A DNA stretch of 64,000 bases from Adineta vaga. Its lineage: Eukaryota > Animalia > Rotifera. The position numbers and the translations under genes were made by a program. Each line of letters starts with the position of its first letter. Within the stretch, counting starts at the first letter, position 1. This document shows, one piece after another, positions 1-13,753 of this stretch. The stretch covers positions 8,308,001 to 8,372,000 of the forward strand of contig CP075493.1 of assembly GCA_021613535.1 (NCBI GenBank), read 5' to 3'. A model generated the notes under the pieces. It made no database searches and was not told the origin of the DNA. It was given only the letters and a program-made list of their open reading frames with translations.

Positions 1-3000
1 TGTCATCAACAATGTTAAATAAACGATTGTATCCATGCTCAAAATCGGACGTGGGTCGTATCAATGTAACATCGAGTTGGGAAGTAATGAATGCATTAAA
101 GCAAGTCAATTATAATCAAACACGTATCTCGCCAGAATGTGATTGTTGGAAAAAAATGCAAACATGTCCAGTAGGTGCTGGTGGACCATCAGTAAATTTT
201 GATAGAACCGAAACCAAAGATATTCTTTATGATTTGCAAGAATTTAATATAACAGATTGGTTAATAAAAACAGAATATAATCTTGAATATCTAATGAAAC
301 GATTTGGTGGGTTTGAATTTTTGTCGTCATCTATGTCGAAAAGTATTGATCTTGTCAATGAAACATTGCTTAATCAATTAATAAATGTTACCAATGGAAA
401 TAATCAATCATCAACAAATATCGATAGCAAGAAAATTGCTTCATTATTTCGAATCTATCCACCACAAGCTTCAGTAAGTAAATTCTTTTCTAGTAACCTA
501 AGATGCTTCAACTTTGCTTTACAATAACATTCACTTGTATTTCTCTATAGGTCTGGTATAATAATAAAGGATGGTTATCAAGTGTTGCATTTCTAAATGT
601 ATTCAACAATGCACTCTTACGAAGTATTCTTCTCAAAAACGATTCATTAAGCCCTATCCATGATTATGGTATAACAGCAATCAATCATCCATTGCCTCAA
701 AATGATATTCAAATTGATAATGATTTACAAAGTCGTACTGTATTAGAACTTTTTACTGCAATATGTATTATCTTTGCACTAGCATTTATTCCTGCAAGTT
801 TTCTTGTTTTTCTTATTGATGAACGTGTAACAACATCGAAACATTTACAATTTGTTAGTGGTGTCAAAGGTAAACATTTTCAAGCTTTAATTTGATCTAT
901 AGAAAATCAATCTATTCTTTCTTTTTCTTTAGGTATGACCTATTGGTGTTCGAATTTTCTTTGGGATTTATCAAATTATACTATTTCAATTATATTTTGT
1001 CTGATCGTATTTCTTGCATTTAATATTGAAGCGTACGTGGCGAAAACAAACTTTCTCTGTCTTGTTCTACTTTTGCTTCTTTATGGTTTTGCAATTATTC
1101 CATTAATGTATCCAGTTAGTTATCTATTTGAAACACCATCAACAGGTTTTGTACTTATATCATGTATAAATATATTTATTGGTTTAATTACAACAATATC
1201 AACATATACATTGGACACATTCGATGATGAACCTGATCTTGTACGAATTAATAACATTTTAACAAAATTATTTTTGATTTTTCCACATTATTGTCTTGGT
1301 CGAGGCTTATTTGATCTGAGTAGAACACATGCAACCAATGTGTTCAGTGCTAAATACAGTTTGTTATAGAATTTACGAAGAAAAGTGTTTTTAGAGTAAA
1401 TGTTTCAATTTTAGTTTCAGGTTATGTTTGGATCTCACCACTTCAAATGAATATTGTCGGACGAAATCTATTTGCTTTATTTCTCGAAGGAATCATTTTT
1501 TTTCTATTGGCTATTCTTGTTCAATATCGATTTTTTATACCTGATCGGTAATGATAAATGTTTTTCCTTGTTGAAAGCATCATTCAATTCAATTCTTTAC
1601 ATGTTATTCATAGAGGTTGCATTCGTACATCGAAGAATTTAAAATCAACAAATGAAGATGAAGATGTTAGAATCGAAAGGGAACGAATCTATATGGATCG
1701 AAATAATACCACTAATGATGTTTTACGAATGGTAGATCTCGTAAAAGTAAAAACAAAGAATTCGAAATTAAAAAGATATTTCAATGTTTCTAAGTATAGA
1801 TATATGGAGGAGTGGTTGGTAAACAATTTACGGCTGTTAAACAAACTTGTGTTGGTGTAAAACAAGGTGAATGCTTTGGTCTATTAGGTATAAATGGTTC
1901 GGGTAAATCAACAACATTCAAAATGCTTACAGGAGAAATATCTATGACAGATGGAGATGCTTATGTGAATAATTATAGTGTTATTAAACAATTAGATCAC
2001 GTTCGTCAAAATATCGGGTAGAAGAAATTCTTTTGGATTAAGAATAGAAATTAGCGGAAAATTTTTTTCGTTTTAGTTATTGTCCACAATTTGATGCACT
2101 TGATTCTTTATTAACAGCACGAGAGCATTTGTATTTCTATGCTCGACTACGTGGAGTTCAAGAGAAGAATATCTCATTTGTAATTGATTTTACGATTTGT
2201 TCTTTTTTTTCTAAGATTTTCATATTGTTTAGATAGTCGATTGTTTATTAAAACGACTTGGTTTAACTCTATGGGCTGATCGACCAACAGGACAATATTC
2301 TGGTGGAAATAAACGAAAATTATCAACAGCCATTTCATTAATAGGAAATCCTTCTATCATATTTATGGATGTAAGAATCATTAAAACATTTCTATTTCTT
2401 AACAATGAAAAGAGTCTGAATGTTTTCCATCTGTTTCGTATTAGTTATTCTATACAATAGATATTTTATTTATGTTATTGTTTACTTGATGTAAAACGGT
2501 AATGACACGAAGTCGCACTGTTTTTAATTAAGATGAGAAAATGAAATTTCCAATGAATAGAATCACGAGTACCAACTAAATTGAATTTTATTTAGGAACC
2601 AACAACAGGAATGGATGTACGTGCAAAACGATTTCTATGGGATTGTATATTGACTTTAACTCGTCAAGATCAAAAATCTGTTGTAATAACATCACATTCT
2701 ATGGAAGAATGTGAAACATTATGCAATCGTAAATAACAAAATAAAAATTTTGAAAAAATAAACACGAAACTTATTCTTATTTAGGACTTGTTATTATGGT
2801 TGCTGGAGAATTTAAATGTCTCGGAAGTGTTCAACATTTGAAAGAAAAGTCTTTTAAAATTCTTTTTCTATTAGCAGTACAAAACCTATCTTTCTATCTA
2901 GATTTGGTGATGGTTATACCATACTTATTCGTACAAATATTCATATCAATAGACAAATTGTAATTGATTACATTCAAAAATCGATTCCCGAAGCAATCAT

Positions 3001-3314
3001 TAAAGAAGAACATAATAAAATGATACATTTTCGTGTATCAACAAACATTTGTTTACACAGAATATTTAGTATTTTAGAAACTGCTCGAAAAGATTTAGTT
3101 AATCTTGTTGAAGATTATACAGTTTCACAAGTTACACTTGATGATGTCTTCGTAAATTTCGCTAAAATGCAACAAGATAATCATGATTTGGAAGAAAAAA
3201 CTGAACATGAAAGTCTTTATGAATTAACTCATCGGAAAACAAATAGTATTCGTAAGTGACGTTTTTTCCGTAACTATCATAATATTTTGATCTTTCCTAG
3301 CAGATCCAATGTGA
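1..3314 (+). CDS. ABCA-subfamily ABC transporter, 3' portion (second extracellular domain, TMD2, NBD2); multi-exon, 5' end outside the window
   Basis: Spliced translation contains [18 protein letters not shown][13 protein letters not shown], [10 protein letters not shown], Walker [33 protein letters not shown], signature [38 protein letters not shown] and [10 protein letters not shown], all characteristic of ABCA1/2/3/4. The stop is at 3259 (unspliced) or 3314 (short last exon PDPM*). Confidence 0.95.
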
Positions 3315-3565
3315 ATATTTTGAATAAATCAATGGGAAATTTTTGTTTATCTCTCTATGAAAACAATCATTCAATACTTTCAGATCTGTATTTTTTTTGC
3401 TCTTTTTTGTTTTGTTTTATGCATGCATATGATTATTTAAATATACAATCTTTGAGATGACAAAAACAAATGCACTAGAAATAGTTTCTTTTTTCTTTCT
3501 TTATTGACATGGATAAATGAGAATGATATGAGCGAATTGCATGTTTTTTAATTCAATAACAAATG

Positions 3566-4282
3566 TTATGCGCGATCGTTTGCAATTTGTTGTCGTGTCA
3601 AATCTCGTATTGAACGTTTTCGACCACTGAGTGGACTCATACAACAAAATCGACCTAGGAGAAAAGAAAACAACGATAATGATTTCTAATATTTAGAATA
3701 AATCTTACGTTGTACACTTGATTCAACTGGTATTGCTATAGCTTGGTTATTGAATGATGCATCCTCTAGTGGACTAGCATAATTTTCAAAAAACATTTGT
3801 CGAAGAAGAGCACGTCGTATATCGTCAGTTCCTTGCTAGAAAAAAAAGTATATATCGTAGACATTTGAAAAGTGTACTTAATTATTTTTGATTAGACTAA
3901 TAATTTTATCGATAAATTGTTTCTTTTTTGTTTTCTTCCGTCGATCTACTTAGCCTTGTTCATGAAACAATAGTGTCGTCTCAGATACTCATATACATAC
4001 AAATCTGTCTGAGAGTTCAAGAGATCTCATCCATGATGACAAGGTCAATAACTTTCCGAATGGAAACGATCGTGTTTAGGTCAAGGCAATAGATTATGTT
4101 TACGCTAATGCATGGAATATGAAAGATAAGAAGTGATTTCATAGACATACCTGATCGATATCATCATGCATAAGTCGAAATGAATGAACCGAAAGAAATT
4201 GATTAAGAACAAAAAGAAATACAAATAGATAGAAGATTGTCATTGATGATGAATTAATGTTTTGTTTTCCAATGCCAAACAT
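3566..4282 (-). CDS. Small secreted prepropeptide (putative neuropeptide precursor), 115 aa, 3 exons (4282-4151, 3835-3709, 3654-3566)
   Basis: Canonical GT-AG splicing in frame gives MFGIGKQNINSSSMTIFYLFVFLFVLNQFLSVHSFRLMHDDIDQQGTDDIRRALLRQMFFENYASPLEDASFNNQAIAIPVESSVQRRFCCMSPLSGRKRSIRDLTRQQIANDRA*. It has a hydrophobic signal peptide, an acidic spacer and an RR...G-RKR processing cassette. Not in the ORF track. Confidence 0.8.
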
Positions 4283-6205
4283 GATGAATTTTTTTTATTG
4301 TTTAAATGTTTCTATTGAAGGGAAATGTTTTGAAATGATCTGAGTTGGGTTGAGTGAGTCTGCTGATATAGTAATGATCGAAGAAATCTTTCAAATGATC
4401 TCTCGTACACAAAGCGGAAGAACAAGAGAACGTGACAAGAGATAATGCTTTTCATAAATGGAAAAAAATAGAGAGAGAAAGAAAGAAAGAAAGAAAGAGT
4501 ATGAATGATACATGAAATCGCATCAATTTCCTTGTCCTTTCTCTCTCTCTCTCTCTCCTCCTACCAGAAAACATTATTTATGAATATCGAAATAAATTAC
4601 TTTTACATGAACAATAAAAATTGCAAGATATTTATAAAAATTTGCAATTTACAAATTATGCCAGCTGTTATGTATGATAGCAGAAGACAAGTCACGACTT
4701 TGAAATAAATAGATAATAAAAATACCAAAATATTCTATGAATATGTTTCCATTACGTCGACAAAGTTTCAACAAACATTTTCAAGTATCAACTAGATGTT
4801 CATTTATAGAGAAAGAAACTAAATGAATTGCTTATATGCATGTAAATCTTAAATGAAATGTGATTAGTAGATTTTATCAAACGATGATCCAAATAGTGAT
4901 AAACGACTTCGGCAAAAAAACTGCAGCATTCGTTTTACTGAGACTCGGATTGATGATCGATGTTTTATAACAAACGATTGGTGAGCTAAGACAAAACTAT
5001 GCTGATAATATCATTCAAATACAGCAAACTCTAAACAACAACAATAAACCATAACGCAATGTACAATATTATTGATTTAATGAACTGATATAATGATGGT
5101 CGGTTGATTATTTCGAAAAACTTACAGAAACCATTGAAGAAAAGTCACAATAGTTTACTTTTTGTTTTATATTTGTTCTATTGATTCTCTCTTGATCAGT
5201 CTCTGTAATCATATTGCTATTGTTTAAATGAATTCTGTTCAATTGAAACTTTCCATGAGACAAGGTAAAATGTTTCTACGCATATGATTGTGTTCTTAAA
5301 ATAGAATTCATCTTCAAGATACACTCAATATTATATTGTGAAAAGACACTTATAGTTTAATTAAATGTGTGTTTGAAAAATATGGTTTAGATAGAGATAG
5401 ATGATCATTTTTCATTAATCAATCAATGTCAAACATTTCCATTTTGTATTATCCCAAACACATGGTTAAAATATCTCCACAAGAATGTATGAGATTTTCA
5501 AAACAAATCATTTGAAAAGGGCAATTTCTAGTCGGAAAAACGATTTAAAAGGTTATCCTTTGCATCTGACATTCTTTTCTCTAAGATATGATTATTAGTA
5601 AAGCTTTATAGTTGAAGTTAAAATCTTAATCCTTAACCTTAGAGAATGACGTCTTTTTCTATTCTTGTCAAGGTTTTCATTTATTCAGAAAAGAATCATT
5701 CTTATGAGTCTAAAGGTCAAGGGATATTTTTCAGACGTTGATCATTTCATCGTGTCTTGTTCCGAATTGACAAATCAATATTGTGGCGAAACAGGGCGGG
5801 AAAGGAAGGAAATGAATGATAAAACATATTATGCAAATGATTTGGTGTACTTTAATGATTTAACTAATAATCGTATTTTAGAATTGATAATGATTCTTCG
5901 CTAATGAATACAAATACAAATCTATTGAATAAACTATTAACGTATAAGAAAAAGATGAATATAACCTGTGTTGATTGGAAAAAAACCTGCATACAATATA
6001 ATAGATATATTATTTATTTCGTCATCAAAATTACTGAAAACTATTATTTTATCAAAAAAAGCAAAATAGAATATGAAGATATGTTGTTGAGTTAGTAGTT
6101 TACTTACAAAAAAAGTGATTATAAAGATTCAAAGATATATATATTAGATCGAGCAAAATGTATTATTTTCATCACAGATCGTTAGGAAGAGTTGTATTCA
6201 TATAA

Positions 6206-7378
6206 TTAAACATCGGACATCATTATATTGGTAACACGTTCACTGGGTTTAGATGAGGATGAAGTATTTGTAGTCGATTGAACATCGGATGATTTGATAT
6301 TATCAGCAGAATCTAAATAGAAATACATATATTTGAATCAAGAATAAGTTTATTAAATAAGCAACAAGATAACACTATGCATTTGATCTTATTCAAGGGC
6401 ACAAAAAAACTTGCTCAGTTCAAATTTATATTTACTTTATTGATTTACAGAGAGATATCTTTTCTTTATAGATAACCAACCATTGAGAACAACAATGATT
6501 CGTCCAGTAAATAGCATGTTTCTGGATAAAAATAGTTTCTTTTTCTTAATGATTTCTTATCGAAGTATTACATTTCATACAAAATCTAAATACAATCGAA
6601 CTGAACAAATAATACTACTTCTCATCTGAGTTGTTGTATAGATAAACTTAAATCTTTACTAATATCACATATTTACAACAGATACCAACCTTGAGAATGA
6701 ACTGTTTTCTGATCACGATCACTGTGAGAAGCATTAGGATCAAATGAATCGTCTTCACTATCATCATTATCGATTGTCCACATTTTTCTTCCTCGTCCAA
6801 CTCCTGAAATTTGTCTCATTAAACTAACACCTGGTCGTTGTAACGGAACGGAATAACCCACATCGAATGATGGTTTTTGACATAACCATAATGAGCCAAG
6901 TTTTTTTACTTCATCATTTTTATTTTCAATTAAAAATGACGAATTGGAATCTAATGGATTACAGCTACTGAATCCACACATTTTGAAATTATTAATAATT
7001 CGGTTTTGTTCTGAATGTTCAATATGTGTTAAAAGATGACCATTAGGACGGAGTGTTCGGAAAAATTGAGTTACTAAATTAATATCGATGGACGGATCTT
7101 TTTTATTAATCAAATCGAAAAGAATCAGATCAATAGAAGATGTTGCACGTCGAGCTGTTTTTCAAAAAGAAAACACAAAAGTATTCAATTCTTGTTTCTT
7201 GTATCAAGATAAAAGTTTAAAACCTACATTGTAACAATTCGTTGATATTTTCAGATGCAATTTGTGCTGTTTTTGATTTCATACGTATAATATCTTGAAA
7301 AGCAGGAATATTATCTTGATCAGTATCTAATGTCCAAACAATCAGGATACTTTTAGCATTACCAAAAATATCATCCAT
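6206..7378 (-). CDS. CIAPIN1: Anamorsin/CIAPIN1/Dre2-like protein lacking the C-terminal Cys motifs; 3 exons (start 7378; 7154-6690; 6312-6206)
   Basis: N-terminal methyltransferase-like segment (FFRTLRPNGHL...KMCGF), the anamorsin linker motif KPSFDVGYSVPL, an acidic WTIDNDDSEDD stretch and a C-terminal KPSERVTNIMMSDV* resembling the anamorsin KPGEKV tail. Confidence 0.75.
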
Positions 7379-8479
7379 AATTCAATTTTATTTACAAAAC
7401 AATCTGAAAAAATATATTTAAATTTAAAATATCCATAAAAGTGATGTTTCGATTTTTTGAAGGTTTATTATTTGTGAAGCATGTTCAACATAGGATATAC
7501 ATCATTCTTTAACAAATACGTTTGAAACTTTCGAAGAAGAGTGTAAATCACAGAAATCCATCCTGATATCGATACTTAATGCTTAAGAATAGAAGTCTTT
7601 TAATAAAATAATTTCGAGCATAGTCAACTTGATCTTAAACAAGAAATAGCAAACGAATATATATTTAACATTCTATTAATACTGCTTCAATTCATCTTTT
7701 CATCAATCGCGCATGAATAAGATGCATTGAAGTTGAATCGCTGTTTCTCTTTCTTTCGATAATTAGATAGATTTTAATATTCAATCAATAGTCAAGAAAA
7801 TCTATCATAGATAAATCGAGGAATATTTTAACGTCAATATTTACTTTCATCGAACTGATAAAATATATCGAATTATACGATTAATACAACAAACAGATAA
7901 GATTTTCTCCTTTTCTTTATTTCAAACAGAAAAGAACGCATCAATTGAGTCCATATTTTGAAGAAGATGAAACATACACACGTATACAGTACGAAAGATG
8001 ATGAAAGCAAACGAAAAATGTGTGCATATTTTTTGAAACCAAAGACAGAAGAAGAAAAAAAGACAATTCGAAGACAGTGTAGATGATGAATATCAAATGA
8101 AAAGAAAAAAAATATGTTGAAATTCGTTCTGTTGAAATGATCAGCACCATGACAATGTCTCCGGGTTTGTTTGTTTGTTTTAAAGAATGTTGACACGGAC
8201 AAAAGAAAAACCAAAAGAAAAAGAAAACAAAAGGAAAACTGAACTAGATCATCTATGTACACTCATACAGTTGAACAGAATAAGAAAGAACAAAAAAAAC
8301 TGAATTTAAGAGAAATGAAAAAGAAAATGACAAATCGATGATGTTCACGTTTTATTTATTGGTTTTTAAATATATACACGTAGATATTCTTTTTAAAGCG
8401 TCTTTACGCGTATTTATAGAAAGGAAAAAAATATATATATATGTATATGTATGTATAAATATAAGATACTATTTTGGTA

Positions 8480-11400
8480 TCAGTTCGAACTGTCATTCAT
8501 AGATAATTGAGCTGTTCGAGCTGATGCAGTTGTTGTCGAACGTTTTGGATAGGAACGAAGATATTCATCTTCACTCAATTGATTTACATCTGGCCGATCT
8601 CGAACATTATAAGTTAGACAACGTCTAATGAATGACTAATAAAAGAAAATGAATAGTAACAACGAATAAAATATACATGTCTACACATTTCGAATACATA
8701 GAGAGAGAGAGACACTTAATTTCTAATGATTTACTAAACGGTAATTCTTTTTCGTAAGAACTCATGATCTAACAAGTATTATTGATCTCTTTCTTTACAT
8801 GATCTTTATCAAAACAATAGCTTTGACAAAAGAACTAACCGTTATAGATAGTCAAAATCGAAATGTTGTCTTCACTATGTATTCATAAGGTTTTCTCTTT
8901 TCAATTGCTGATTTTCTACAGAAAAAAGAACGTTTACTTACTTTTGCTCCATCAGATATGATTGGTTTTGCAGGAAATTCTACTTCTTTGGCTTTTAATA
9001 TTGTTTGATTTTCTAATATTGCAGCTTGTGATTGATTATGTCCATAAGGTTTTCGTCCGTATAAACACTGGAAAAAAATACAACCTAAACTCCATACATC
9101 GACTTTTGAAGAGATTTTTGGAGGATTCGGTCCTTGAACAAACACTTCTGGTGGAAGATACCAATATGTTCCCGCTCCTTGAGAAGTTAAATCCATGCCA
9201 TGTTCTGGATCGTAAGTATCTTCACACATTTGTTTACTTAAACCAAAATCGGTTATTTTGATTTCTCCACTACTTGTTCCACTACCCAACAGAATATTTG
9301 CTGGTTTTAAATCGAAATGAATCACAGGTGGTTTGATACCATTATTTAAATATCTTAATGCACTAACAGTCTGCATAACTACAGAACGTGCTTCTTTTTC
9401 TGGTATATATTTATGTTGTTTTAAAAAGAAATCAATATCATTGCCTTCGATATATTCAAGGACCGTACAGAATCTAAATAAATAGTTATGTAAGATTATG
9501 AATCTATGTAAATAATTATTCTTACGAATCAGTATCAATTTCGAATACATCGTACAGACGAACGATTCGAGGATGATCAAGTGTTTTAAGAATATCACAT
9601 TCGCGTAATGCATGTCTAATAAGAACAGTGAAATTTTCATAATGATATAAAATGATTCTTACTTTATATAATTCGCCTTCTTTTCTTCTTTCCATTCTTT
9701 ATTAAGTTGATGTACTTTAACTGCAACGTAACGTTGTTCTTTCAAACAGAATGCCTATGGAGAGATAAATTAAAATTTGAAACGATATTATTCTTTTTTT
9801 TTCTTATCTACTTTGTGAACTTCACTGAAACCACCTTTGCCAATCAAAGATAGCAGTAGATAACGATCATTCAGCACGGGATGATCTTGAAATCTAGAAT
9901 AATAAAGATTAATTATCATGAAATTACACTTGTTAGATTATAGACATATTTTCAACTCATCGAATACAATCTAGTGAGATCTTTTCGTATAACTTACCTG
10001 GAATGATCTTCATTATAGATACGTTTTAATTCACGTATATGTAAATTTCTTTCTCTTTCAAGTTTTTCATATTCAATTTGAAGATCCATTTCTTCTTTTT
10101 TCAATGATGCTTGACGTAAACGTAAGATTTCATCAGATTCATTCCACTCACTAACTAATGTTCTATTAAAAATAAACAAGATATTAACTAAAATAGATTT
10201 CATAATTTCAACTTACGCTTTATTTGCATCATTCGTTGTTTTCATACCATCATTACTACTCTCATCTTGTACTACAAATCCACCAGTACGATCTTTTGTT
10301 CTTGATTTTGAATTTGGTGTTTTAGGTGGTTTTTCTTTTACTTCACAATTTGGTCGACGTCGTAATAAATTACGTCGTTCACGATCGAGTTCTTCTCGAG
10401 CACGTTGTAGCATTTCTTGTTGTCTTCAAACACGGAAAAGAAATTCAAAAGAAAAGCTATTGAATTTAACATACTTAGTTATGTCAGTAAATGCAGAACC
10501 GTCTGTCCAGTTTTCTACAAATGTTGCACCTTGTCTTTGTGTTACAAATTGTCCTAGTCTCAAACGATTTTCCATACATTTTTGTCGTGCTTGTTTTCTT
10601 TCTAATGTTGACTAAACGAAAGCATATCATTTGAATTTTCTTTTCATAGAATAAAATTCATCGACTTACTTTCTCTACAAGTAATTTTTTGTTAACTGCC
10701 AGACATTTTTGAAGTATATTATTCTGTTTATCGAAATCTTTCTTTGTGTCTGATATTTGTCGACGTATATCATCTCGTTCCTAATCAAACAAAAGAAAGA
10801 TGATTTTGAAATGATAAATTTCATCTAGTTACTCTAGTTAAACTTTGTATTTGACTGTTCTTAGCATCGAGTTCATTAGATGAAGAATTTATAGATCCAG
10901 TTATCTCAGTCTAAATATTTTCAATAAATAGAACAAAAGAATATAAGGAAAATTTGTATGTTTAGTTTACTTGAGTTTGTTTTGAATTAACAGTTGAAAT
11001 ATTCGATGATTCCGATGTATGATTAGAATTTGAACATGAATCACTTTGTGCAGATGAGGCAGGAGAGAAACCGATTTCTCGATAATTTGGAATATTCTTC
11101 GAAAAACCGAAATCTAATAAATCAATCATTTCCTTCGTTTTTACTTTATTTATATCTGTAGGAAGTTTTTTTTCGGTAGATGATTGTATAGCATTTGATA
11201 TTGAAGGTTCTTGTTGTTGTTTTGGCTGGCTCATATTCATATCACTTTTACGTCGTTTTACTTTTTGACCATCAGAATTATCGTCAGATTTAGGCGTTCG
11301 TTTGCGTCGTACTTTATCCGTTGTTGAATGTTTTTTCAATAGAGTAGAATTTGATACGGATGTTGTGGAACCAAACAAACGAAATGGAGAAGTTGGAATG

Positions 11401-11752
11401 GATTGAAAATCAAGAATTTCACTCTCAGGAGGATTGGCTAAATCTTGTTGAGACAAATGCTAAAAAACGTATAGATTTCTCTTTCAGAAACAAACGAAGA
11501 ATCATATAGAAATAGTTAACATACACGTTGTATAACGTTATTGGATGTTGTTGCACGATTATCGACAGATTCACTACGTTGAGGAAATAATCTGAATGTT
11601 AAGGGAAGAACATCTTGACCTTTAATTTCGTCGATTGGGATAGAAAAGAAAAACATATTTATAATTAGTTTTCTAGATTAAAATGACACATTTTCGTTAT
11701 TCTTACCACGAGAATTGAATTGATTTTCTGTTGGTTTTGAAACGAGATTCAT
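8480..11752 (-). CDS. TLK: Tousled-like serine/threonine kinase, multi-exon
   Basis: [118 protein letters not shown] and [10 protein letters not shown] are diagnostic of TLK. The start (MNLVSK...) is inferred from in-frame splicing. Confidence 0.96.
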
Positions 11753-13753
11753 TCTAAAATAATTGTCGTTCTTTTCATATCTAAATAGAAAGAGTAAAAC
11801 GAATCATTTGTTATTCTTGTAGTTTTGCCAGTTGAAGAATACTTTAAAACAATAACAAAACCTATCGGTAGAGGGCACACATCGTATTCACGTGATTAAT
11901 TGATAGAATCCAAGCGTAAAGAAGAAGAAAAAAGAAGCACACAAAACATATACATGTATTGAAAAAATAAAAGAAAGAGAACAAATTTTATTCATTCTCT
12001 AAAGATCTATCCTCATTGGTTTTTAATATACATATATACATATATATATTTCCGGTTGTAGAAGAGTATGAAGCAAAAAAAATGAGAAAAAGATATATTG
12101 TCTATTAAACATCAATATATACTGCTTTCTGTTGTCATTATTGAAAGACGAAAAAGAACGAAAGATAATGATTAGAGATTGATGATATTTTTTATGGTTG
12201 AATTTAAGAAACAAAAAAACAGCGTGGCGGACAGTTAGTAGCATCGCATCGCCCAGTATGTGTGACTCGACCGATCGATCGTTCGAAGAGAAAATTCGTT
12301 CTCACGTCATCTATTTGTTTTATATAGAACCAATGAAAATTTATTATAACAGTAAAGAGGGCTCTGATCGACGACATCAAATTCATTCATTATACATCAA
12401 ATTGGAATATATATATATATAAAGAAAATGAATAAGCGTAATTTTACTTTTTTTTTATAGGCACCTGAGGATATTTCAATATTACTTATAGTCGATGAAG
12501 AAGAATATTCAAATCGAATATTGTCTCAAGAATATTTTTAGACATCATTGTATGATGATGAATATACAAAACTTACATATTTTCGAGCAACAAATTGCAT
12601 CTAATGATTTATATTTTACGTGACACAAATATTATTTCTTTTCGATATTAATCATCGATAATTGTTTTTGAAAAATAAAACTAAGAAAATATCTCTTTTA
12701 TACGAATATCATTGATTTAGATCTTCTCTCATTGTGGATTCCACGTGATTTATAAAATCATATTTTGTCCTTCAGAACTTCTATTCAACAATATATATAT
12801 TACGTCATCCTCTCTAGTTCACATGAGTGTGACATAATACAAGTCTTCTATAACAGAAATTGAAAATTGTTTTTCTCTTTTGAGTTTTAGTAGTTCACTC
12901 ATAATAACATCTGCTTATATAATATCGATAAACTTCTTATAAAAATACGAGACAAGTTGTTGATAGTATACTTATGAATATATTAAACAAACAATAAGCT
13001 TCCGGACTTGATTGTATCTTACGAACAAGAAATAAAACTCTTTTCGGATCATCGCACATTTGAGTACCAACTATCAATATGTTTGTCTTGAAGTTAGGCA
13101 ACTCATCTTCGATTATTTTTTTTTCTCTCTCTCTTCTCTGTAACATTTCTCCTAGTCCCATAAGAGTCGCTGAATAGTATTCACTCAATGCTGTCTTGTT
13201 CATCTCGAAAGAGTTATTCACAAGGTATTTTTTTTGTTACTTTCTTATTCATACAACGTACTGGTAAGTTCAAAGTAGCTTTCAATAGGTACAGAACTGA
13301 ATGTACCTATGATTTAACATCTGACTTTTCCCATGAAGTAAATACGTGTATTAATGAAAATGTTGATTAAAATAAAAAATGACAAATTGTATTGCATTTT
13401 TCTTTCTTTTTTACGTATCAAATGGAACTGTACTCTTTCTCTTTCTCTTTGTCTTTCTCTCCTTCTTTCTTTCTTTCTTATTCTCTTGCTTAGAAGTTCA
13501 TATGTGGATATAACGATCAATTATAATGTTGATATGACAGGTGACGGTAGTTAGTTAGTAAAAACGGTAAGTATATAGTTTTATTGTATCTAAAAGAATT
13601 TTTATGAATAATTTCGATCATTTTAGTTGTTTTATAAGGAAAATGATGAATTATTCAATGTGATATGTCTACTATGTTTTCATCAGGAGAATAGGGAAAT
13701 CGATTTGTAAAATTGTTGCTTCTTTTATTTCAGATGATTTGATTGAATCTCCA

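Noticed and set aside
7873-8262. Phe/Leu-rich ORFs that look like membrane proteins (similar ones at 20210-20481, 40874-41340, 42311-42505)
   Set aside because: They are translations of T/A-rich UTR or intergenic low-complexity DNA.
12937-13221. 94-aa minus-strand ORF upstream of the LEV-9-like gene
   Set aside because: No recognisable motif, includes a GA microsatellite and an A-run, and has no supporting exon structure.
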